Source: Octopus vulgaris
Lineage: Eukaryota
Direction: 5' to 3'
Assembly: GCA_951406725.2 (NCBI GenBank)
Contig: OX597824.1
Location: 20,584,001 to 20,648,000, forward strand
DNA length: 64,000 bases
The translations under genes were made by a program, and so were the position numbers. Positions 54,344-64,000 of the stretch are shown one piece after another. The stretch's first letter is position 1; every line of letters starts with the position of its first letter. The notes beneath the pieces are model-generated. The model was not told where the DNA came from, made no database searches, and saw nothing but the letters and a program-made list of their open reading frames with translations.

Positions 54344-54758
54344 TAATGTGTGTGTGTGTGTGGGTGTGTGTGTGTGTGTAATTTTAAATGGCTATCATTA
54401 CTACAACTGTGTTTCGTTTCAACACACGTGATCTCAGATCGTCACATGACAAACAAGAAACAAGAACGGCTCCGAAATAGAAGAACCAAAATAGTAATAT
54501 TTAGATTTAATAGAGTTTTGCCTAAATAAATACAAAATCCTGTTTATTCAGAGATGATGTGTTCTAAGGTTGCTGTTTAATGTCATTGTTCCTTGCGAAC
54601 AAAGGTTTAAAAAGAGAAAGGAAAACCCAAATGTCAACAGATTGTTTTTGTTAATACTTTTTCTAACAGTTCCTACAATAAACGAAATATTTCACGGCTG
54701 TTGTACTCCCCGTGAAACTGCTGGTCCTGCGCCTAAATTAGAAATAATAATAATAATG

Positions 54759-54800
<42 letters not shown>

Positions 54801-54860
54801 TCATTAAAGAAATCGTTGTTGTTCTTCTTATTATTATTATTATTATTATTTGACTGCGAA

Positions 54861-55440
54861 TGGCGGTGAGCTGGCAGAATCGTTAGCACGCCGGGCGAAA
54901 TGCGTAGCCGTATTTCGTCTGCCGTTACGTTCTGAGTTCAAATTCCGTCGAGGTCGACTTTGCTTTTCATCCTTTCGGGGTCGATAAATTAAGTACCAGT
55001 TTCGCACTGAGGTCGATGTAATCGACTTAATCCGTTTGTCTGTCCCTGTTTGTCCTTTCTGTGTTTAGCCCCTTGTGGGTAGTAAAGAAATAGGTATTTC
55101 GTCTGAGTTCAAATTCCGCGGACGTCGAATTCGTCTTTCTTCCTTTCGGGGGTCGATAAAATAAATACCAGTTGATCACTAGGGTTGATACAATCGACTT
55201 ACCCCTCAAAAATCCCAAATTTCTGGCCTTGTGCCTATGGGAGGAAGGAGTGCGAGATAGCAAAATCATTAAGAATTGGACACAATGCTTGGCGGCATTT
55301 CTTTCGATTCTTTACGTTCTGAGATGACGCTGACTTTCATCCTTTTGGTGTCGATAAAATGGGTACCAGTCAAGCACTAGGGTTCATGCAATCGTTTAGT
55401 TCCTACCCACAAAATTTTAGGCCTTGTGTTTATAGTAGAT
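54861..55440 (+). mobile_element. SINE family A cluster (a younger copy plus an older one)
   Basis: Consensus match. Confidence 0.85.
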
Positions 55441-56304
55441 ATTATTATTATTAAAGTTTGACTCTTGCTTTACATTTGTACAAGTTGGCTCCAAGTCTCA
55501 CCCAGAGACCTCAAAAGACAGGTTGGAAGTTCATGTTGGTGTTATGCCTAGGGTGCCATATATTTGGTTTTGTATATAGTGTTGTTCAAGAGAATGTTTA
55601 AGAAACCATAAGAAAATTATGTGTTTGTTTTAAAACTTGAGATTACATAGAAGGTATTTTGCGTGGCATATGGGCAGTTCTGCCATTTTGGGGTTTCCTG
55701 GTATCTGAGCTAGGTAGCAATCAACCCCTTTTGCTATCATTAATTAAATTCATTTTTCCTATAAAATTCATAATTAAAAAGCTATCGGCCTTTAAAATTT
55801 GCAAAAATTTGGGTATTTTAGCCAATCAGAAACGAGTATTTTACACATCACCGTGGTGAGAACTTCTATTTCCATAGCAACCAAAGCAAAGAAGCACCAC
55901 ATGTTGCCTAGCTGATTGCGAAGAATTGTTTCCATAGTAACCAAAGATGCTGCGCATGCGCACGAGGAGGAGGAGGTACGAGAAAGATAATTTATTTTAT
56001 AAAATCTTAGTTTAATGTTTTGAAATGTCGATGCACCTCTACCCCCGATGATGGAAGAGGCAGCGAACGTGCTGTTTTCTGATTGGTTGAAAATTCTGAA
56101 AATTATCAAACTTTGAATACCTGTAACATTTTTGCAAAATTTTTTCTAGAATAAATGAATAACAAATTCGGATTCAGCGTCGAAATTTACATCTATGTGA
56201 AAAAAAAAATGTTTTTAAAGATAATTGTAAACAGTGACGGAAACCACAAAGACCCGTCAAATATTTAAAACAGGAGGATATATCGTGTATGAAGGAACAA
56301 AATT

Positions 56305-56697
56305 TCTATATATATAAAGCTGAAGTTGTCTGTGTATGACAGGTTTGGTAGCCTTCAACTAACACTATCTCCTCCGAGACCCGGCGGCGCAAGTTGACCA
56401 AAATTGAGAGTATGATAGAAGAAGGCTTGCTCTTCCTTTCGTAGAAGAATAAATTCAAATCGGACCATGTTAACACTAAAAATTATTTACATCAAAAAGG
56501 TGCTTTTTTTCTATGAAAATCCCTATTTTTTTAACGATTTATTTTACTGTTGTGTCACCATTTTTCGGTGTATTTCAACCAAAAAAATGTTCACTTAAAG
56601 AGAATAACAAGCTACATAATGCAACATTTTTACTTTTCAAAAATTCCAATTCTAAAGGGTCGAAACAAACCCGGGCAACGCCGGGCGATACTGCTAG
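56305..56697 (+). mobile_element. Non-autonomous Helitron, family H2 copy 2
   Basis: TCTATATATATAAAG...cccgggcaacgccgggcgatactgCTAG|T. Confidence 0.85.
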
Positions 56698-56811
56698 TAT
56701 ATTTTTAAAAAATATTAAATAAGACGGTTACAGTGGAAATGCTTTAAATCAGAGGCTTATTATGTGAAGGCTGACCTGGGCAGCAAGAACAATAACTCAT
56801 ACCTTTTTTAG

Positions 56812-57170
56812 ATACATAATATTGATGATTCCATTTTATTCATACACTGTTAATAATTCAGTTTTTCATCACATAAATTTGGATAATTCTATTTGCATCC
56901 GAATGTTAATAATTCGATTTTGGTGAACATAATATCGACAATTCTAATTTCATCACATAATATAAATAATTCTATTTTCATAACATAATATTGGTAATTC
57001 TATTTTCCTCACAATGCTGACAATTCAATTTTCATAACATAATACTAATAACCTATTTTCATTACATAATATTGATAATTCCATACCATAATACAATCTT
57101 ATACCATAACATTGGTAATTCTATTTCCATTGTATAATGTAAATAATTTCATTTTCATACTATAATTCTG
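56812..57170. repeat. Degenerate ~28-bp minisatellite (acataatattgataattctattttcatc), about a dozen units
   Basis: Visible periodic cataat...aattc...tttcat. Confidence 0.85.
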
Positions 57171-57212
57171 ATCAGCTCAGTAACCAGTTAAAAAGTCGGT
57201 GATGTCACTGCT

Positions 57213-57553
57213 TGTTTGTTTGACCCAGAGCTCGCAAGATCGCGCCTCTGTAGTGGGAGAAGTCCGAAACGTGGTCCTTTGCTATTCGTAAGACCCGCAG
57301 AAGAGAAAGCAGGTCAACCCCCGACACCGAGAGCATCGACGGATGGATGAATGCGCATCCAGGCTCAGCGGTTGCGTAGGAAGAAAGCGTGAGAGAAAGT
57401 TGTGGCGAAAGAGTACAGCAGGGTTAGCCACCCCCATCCCTGCCGGAACCTCGTGGAGCTTTAGGCGTTTTCGCTCAATTAACACACACAACGCCCGGTC
57501 TGGGAATCGAAACCGCGAGTCCGTTGCCGTAACCACTAGGCCATTGCGCCTCC
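57213..57553 (-). mobile_element. SINE family C, tail c, full length
   Basis: 13-bp TSD tgatgtcactgct (57200, 57554). Confidence 0.9.
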
Positions 57554-58129
57554 TGATGTCACTGCTGATATCTTTAGGCTCGTAAGAGGACTCGGACGCC
57601 ACTCAACAGCTTTTGAAAGGTTAATTCCAATGAAATGGTGTCCCTACTACTTACAGCAGTACATGATAAACATCAAACGGAGCCGCGAGGTAATATGGAA
57701 TCAACGGAAATTTTAATCAGCAATAAAACGATCGTTAGGGTCGAGATGCGAACTGTCTACTTTTCTCCCGATAAGCTGAGATCGTATCGATTCACCCAAT
57801 TGTGACACATGAAATGTTAAAATATGTTGCCTTGTTTATCACCGACTCAATCATCACTGATCCGCGATAACATCGTACGCTCAGTTGTGAAATTAAATCT
57901 GTGATGGTACGAGTCAGCGATCAGTCGAAGATTTGTGCTTGTACCGTAAAAAAACGCGCGCCAGAGATCATCCATAATACTCAACTACCCAGAATGCACT
58001 GGCTATCATTTGTGTTTAGATTACCGTGCTACAAGGTTTCGTATTTTTATACGAATTTACGTACTCATCCTCATCATCACCATCATCATCATCATCATCA
58101 TCATCATCACCAATTTGGGACCAGTGAAC

Positions 58130-58372
58130 AGAAAAAACACGAAGGCACCTAATCCTAACAACCGGTGCAGACGAGCGTATTCCCGAAAGGATAAAAGGTG
58201 AAACTGATCAAGGTAATATATGACGGTGGAAGCTTCGCTGCTATAAGCCGCGAGTTCGGTGTGAATGAATCTACCATTTCTTCCATTTACAAAGTATACA
58301 GGAGATTCATTTATCACTGTTTGCCTTTTATTTTTTAAACGAACCCTCGTGATAAACGAGGAGAAATGTATA
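58130..58372 (+). mobile_element. Tigger/pogo relic: N-terminal psq/CENP-B HTH joined to the 3' end
   Basis: RRAYSRKDK(frameshift)VKLIKVIYDGGSFAAISREFGVNESTISSIYK; Tigger-like end ccctcgtgataaacgaggagaaatgta. The 5' boundary is unresolved. Confidence 0.7.
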
Positions 58373-58547
58373 CATGTTATCAAAGTTTTTAAAATGAATC
58401 ATTCGTATGACTTCAAATAGTTTTAATTTCCGGTTCTCACCAAGGCGTCCTTGGTTCGACCCGGTTTTCGGCATGGGAATTCGTTTCATTCATAACAGCA
58501 CCCCAGTGTGCTAGCATGGCCATACACTACAAGAACAACTTGCCAAT

Positions 58548-58664
58548 GCAATCTTTCGGTATTAGTAGATGACGTCATTTCACCCACTTTTTCAGACCAG
58601 CCTCTATGTCATAAGGGAACGTTGTGTGGGTGAATGATGTCGTCTACTAATACCGAAAGATTGC
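58548..58664. repeat. 40-bp inverted repeat with 38-nt loop
   Basis: gcaatctttcggtattagtaga...cacccac / gtgggtga...tctactaataccgaaagattgc. Confidence 0.9.
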
Positions 58665-59237
58665 CATTTGCCAGACTTTTAAACATGGAATTAATGTTCA
58701 GATCCGCGTAAAAATACAAAAAGTTACCCAGAAAATTTTGTAGCATCATTTTTTAAATATTTTCTCAAAAGTCTGACTTGGTACATGATTAATTCTGAAG
58801 TATATTGAGGGGCTGGGGAACAACAGATATATCCTTCGTGTCTTAAGGGCTTCCTAGAGTAAAGGGACAACGAGGCTAACATTCGTGTCCTAAGGGATTC
58901 CTATGAGTGAATGAAATTAATTTATGCGCTAAACAATCACAAATAAGCGTAGCATATGTCACGCGATAATTTATACGCCAAAATCGTTTGAAATAGATTT
59001 AGCACCTTCGGCCAGATTGCATTCTCTTTCTGTCTGTCAGTGTCTCCCTATCGCACACACGTACACGTATGTCTGAGTGCATGTTTCGTATACAATCACA
59101 CATACATAAGTAGACATGCATACATGTATGCGTACGTGTGCATGTGTAACTATGTGTGTGTGTGTGTGTGCGTGAATACACACACAGACGTGTATGTACA
59201 TGTGTATACTACACTCACACATACCTGTATACAAACA

Positions 59238-59337
<100 letters not shown>

Positions 59338-59789
59338 TATACATATATATACATACATATGAAGACTTCCAAATTTTGTGCTTTCTTTTATTCAGTTAAG
59401 TCTATTTTTTTCTGAAGTTCCATCAGATTAATTTATATATAACGATAGTGGACTGGTAAAAATCATCGAAGCGTCGTGGTTTGTTCCGGCTCTCTATGTT
59501 CTGAGTTCAAATTCTGCAAAGGCCAACCTTTCCTTTCTACCTTTCGGGGAAGCACATACATAGTCACACACGCACAATGCATTTCTAACCGGGTGTTAGA
59601 AATAAATTTACTATTTAAATCTCTGCAGCTGTTTAAAATACAGCAAAAACCTGCTAAATTAAAGAATACCTTAGCAATTTTGAACCAGAAGAAAAGAAAT
59701 TCGAATGATCAGATAGAGATGCAATTAAAATCCTGTTATCAATTTCAGTTCTAACACAACTCAACATACTAGATTAAATACACACACAC

Positions 59790-59927
59790 CAACTGATGAA
59801 GGGTCGTTCTTTATGATACTTGTTCTGTTTTCCATTTGTTACTCTCGTTGTTTGCGTATTTAACTTATTTGTTTTCGTATTTCATGTTGTTTACTGTTAG
59901 TGACGTCCTCTACCCATATATGCATGA

Positions 59928-59991
<64 letters not shown>

Positions 59992-60009
59992 CGTGTGTAT
60001 GTGTGTGTA

Positions 60010-60058
<49 letters not shown>

Positions 60059-60725
60059 TATATTATTATTTGATTGAACGCCACGCATCTATTTCCAAGT
60101 ACGTTTATCTTAATCCTTTTGATGCGACTCTATACCGCTTTCTCCCTCTATCACTTTCTCTCTCATCCTTTCTCTATTTCCCTTTTGTTCTCCATTTCAC
60201 CGTTTTCTATCTGCCTCTCTCTCCCCTCTTTCTCCATTACTCTCTCGTTGCTTACACGTGACCATCGTCCATCTTTCTTTTCCTCACGTTATCATCTTTC
60301 TTTTCTTTCAGGGCTGTCCTAAGGACTGGATGTATCCTATATATCTCTATCTTCTATCCTTTCTCTTGTCAAAGAAAATATTTCTCCAGCATTCGCTATT
60401 TTACCTTCGTTCTGATATAACGACCCTCCATGTTTGTTTCCATTCAGTTTCCTTGTATGTCTCCACTGTCGTGTTTTTGTTCCCAACTTTGACCCTCCAT
60501 AAAATCCTAAATTTTATTTTGATACCTATGGGAGCAACTGTCTTCGAAGACTCATATTGTCATTCATTGCTCGAAATGAGTAGCTAGACAGCCGACAACT
60601 GATGAAGGGTCGTTCTTTATGTTACTTGTCCTATTTTCCATTTTTTTTCTCGTTGTTTGCGTATTAAACTCATTTGTTTTCCTATTTCATGTTGTTTACT
60701 GTTGGTGACGTCCCATATCTGCATG

Positions 60726-60783
<58 letters not shown>

Positions 60784-61039
60784 GTTTATATTGGAAATTT
60801 ATTATTATTTGATTGAACGCCACGCATCCATTTCCAAGTAAGTTTATATGTACCGGCGACGAAAAATGTTGCCTGTACATCAATATGAAGCAGCGTAAGG
60901 AATGGCTCAGGTGATGGAACAACAAGCAGGTGTATTTGTTTGACGCTTGGGAAGAATGGAAAACTCTTTGACGTTTCAACCCTACGCTCTTCGACAAAAA
61001 GGATTGAGAGGAAAGAAAAGGAGACAGAACAAAAAGGAA

Positions 61040-61083
<44 letters not shown>

Positions 61084-61110
61084 GGAAAATGTGTAGTGAT
61101 TAATGGTTCA
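59790..61110. mobile_element. PLE-derived composite: direct repeats (59790-60107, 60596-60846) plus an inverted HHR-bearing pLTR (60850-61110)
   Basis: caactgatgaagggtcgttctttatg...attgaacgccacgcatc occurs twice; degenerate HHR on the minus strand at 60966-61001. Confidence 0.6.
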
Positions 61111-61124
61111 ACATGATGATTAGG

Positions 61125-61762
<638 letters not shown>

Positions 61763-61810
61763 AATAAATGGTAGGGTTGTGTTGACCGCACGTGGAGAAA
61801 TGATAAATGT

Positions 61811-61928
61811 ATCTTGAGTTTAATGATTGTTCACGAAAAAATTACCTTAAAGTATTAGGATCCTAATTAGTATTAGGATCCTAATACTTTAAGGTAATTT
61901 TTTCGTGAACAATCATTAAACTCAAGAT
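61811..61928. repeat. Perfect palindrome: 57-bp arms, 4-nt spacer
   Basis: 61811-61867 is the exact reverse complement of 61872-61928. Confidence 0.95.
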
Positions 61929-62199
61929 AAGACTTCACAATGTATCGGAGTACTTATTTTTTAATTTTTGTACATATTTATCATTATTTTTTTGCAAAAA
62001 ACAATGCAATTTTCTTTTTCCCCTTTCTCACTTTAAAAAAAAAATTTTTACTTTACAATTCTTGAAAAGTCACATTATGACGAAAACCGGTTTGAATTAA
62101 TATATATTTATATATTTTATCAATTTTTCAAAAACTTTTTCCATACACCCATTTACATTAAAATTTTCTTTCAATTTAGCATTCTGCAATTTTACAATA

Positions 62200-62241
<42 letters not shown>

Positions 62242-62422
62242 CAGGTATCTTAACTAGGCCCAATACGGTCACATCAAACATATGACGTGACTACGGTCGG
62301 GAATAGATACATTAAGCTGACATTGATTGTTTGCACGCCCCCAGGCAGACCAGAATATTTCAGCACCCTACCCTTGACCTGAATCCCTTCACAAATTCCT
62401 TTGTAATTAATGTGTACTTTTT

Positions 62423-62509
<87 letters not shown>

Positions 62510-62650
62510 GTGGTTGGTAAGCAAACATTTTACCACAGTGCCACGCCTGCGCCTATGGATAAAAATAAATGCATGTACAAATATATAAACATAAGGCTAT
62601 CTGTGTATGTATGTAAGCATATATATATATATACATACATACATACATAC

Positions 62651-62681
<31 letters not shown>

Positions 62682-62745
62682 CATACATACATACATACAT
62701 ACATACATGCATACATACATACATACATATACGCGTAATATACAA

Positions 62746-62787
<42 letters not shown>

Positions 62788-62909
62788 TAGATAGATAGGT
62801 AGGTAGATAGATAGATAGACATATCGATAGATACACACATACACACACACACATATATATATATATTCATGTGTATTTAGTATACATGCATTTGTGTACG
62901 CGTATATAT

Positions 62910-62974
<65 letters not shown>

Positions 62975-63436
62975 CACTCATACATAGTCACATAGTTATA
63001 ACTGAACTCGTGTGAATGTGAGGCTAAATATATCTGATTTAAGATTACGAGACTGCAATAATTTTGCGTCTAATCTTTTTTAAACGCGATATTACATGTG
63101 TGTGTGTGTGTGTATGTGTGTGTGTGTGTGTGTGTGTTTGCATCTACGTGTGCATGTGTGTGTTTCTGAGTGTGTGATTTTTTTTTCTTTTTGCGTGTGT
63201 ATGTACATTTGTGCGTGTGAGGTGTGTGTGTGTGCCCTTTCAAATTGCTTCATCACCAGAAAAATATCTTTGACGTTTTGTCCTCATCCTTTATCTGTTT
63301 TATGGGGGTTATTTTCCCCCCCTTTTCAGTTTCTTATCTTCCCTTTCAACCACCTTATCATATTCCAGTTTTATGCGCCCCCTTTGTCTCGCATTCTGTC
63401 TGTCTGTCTAACTCTCCTCCATTTTCATATACATAC

Positions 63437-63495
<59 letters not shown>

Positions 63496-63557
63496 TAGAG
63501 AGAGAGGGATATACATATATTTATATATATATTTACAGAGAGAGGTGTGTATGTATA

Positions 63558-63617
<60 letters not shown>

Positions 63618-63743
63618 TATATACACCTATATACGCACACGCATATGCACACACAACCATACGTACCCGCAATATATAATTCTCTTTATATAAAAGTACA
63701 TGTCACTGACAAACTAGAAAAGAAAAGTGCTGGCGATCGTGTA

Positions 63744-63822
<79 letters not shown>

Positions 63823-64000
63823 ATGCGTGTGTATGTGAGTTTGTGTGTGTGTGTGAGATAAAATATTAAGATATTGGACTGGTATGTTTTAAAATGTTTC
63901 AACATATTTTAGTTAAAAATAAAAGTTGAAATCGTACAATGGCGTGGCCCCCACCCTCAAAAATAAAAATTCGCCTCAAAAGTGGTTGTTTCCTACCTCC

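Noticed and set aside
56812-57170. CRISPR-like or Fur-box-like periodic array
   Set aside because: The units are contiguous and degenerate with no unique spacers, there are no cas genes, and the context is eukaryotic.
57255-57285. Half hammerhead gga-gaag-tcc GAAAC gtg GTC, antisense to SINE tail c
   Set aside because: Neither copy has an upstream CUGANGA or stem I.

Overview
AT-rich, repeat-dominated eukaryotic DNA, most likely from an octopus (coleoid cephalopod), judged from its tRNA-derived SINE families and dense (TA)n/(TG)n microsatellites. It reads as a large intron or intergenic region: I found no convincing host exon, and nearly all ORFs in the track are microsatellite or SINE artefacts. 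Content: about 40 copies of three modular SINE families, many with target-site duplications (TSDs); fragments of L1/Tx1, RTE, CRE-like and CR1/Jockey-like LINEs; Tc1/mariner, Tigger/pogo, piggyBac-like and possibly hAT relics; four non-autonomous Helitrons; and many Penelope-like (PLE) pLTR fragments with minimal hammerhead ribozyme (HHR) motifs. The strongest novel signals are a two-copy, highly structured ~220-nt HHR element resembling a retrozyme (21911-22131, 31447-31667), a recurrent non-canonical CUGUYGA HHR core, a pri-miRNA-like hairpin (29168-29250) and several long fold-backs. All family names and RNA structures are by eye; no searches or folding were run.
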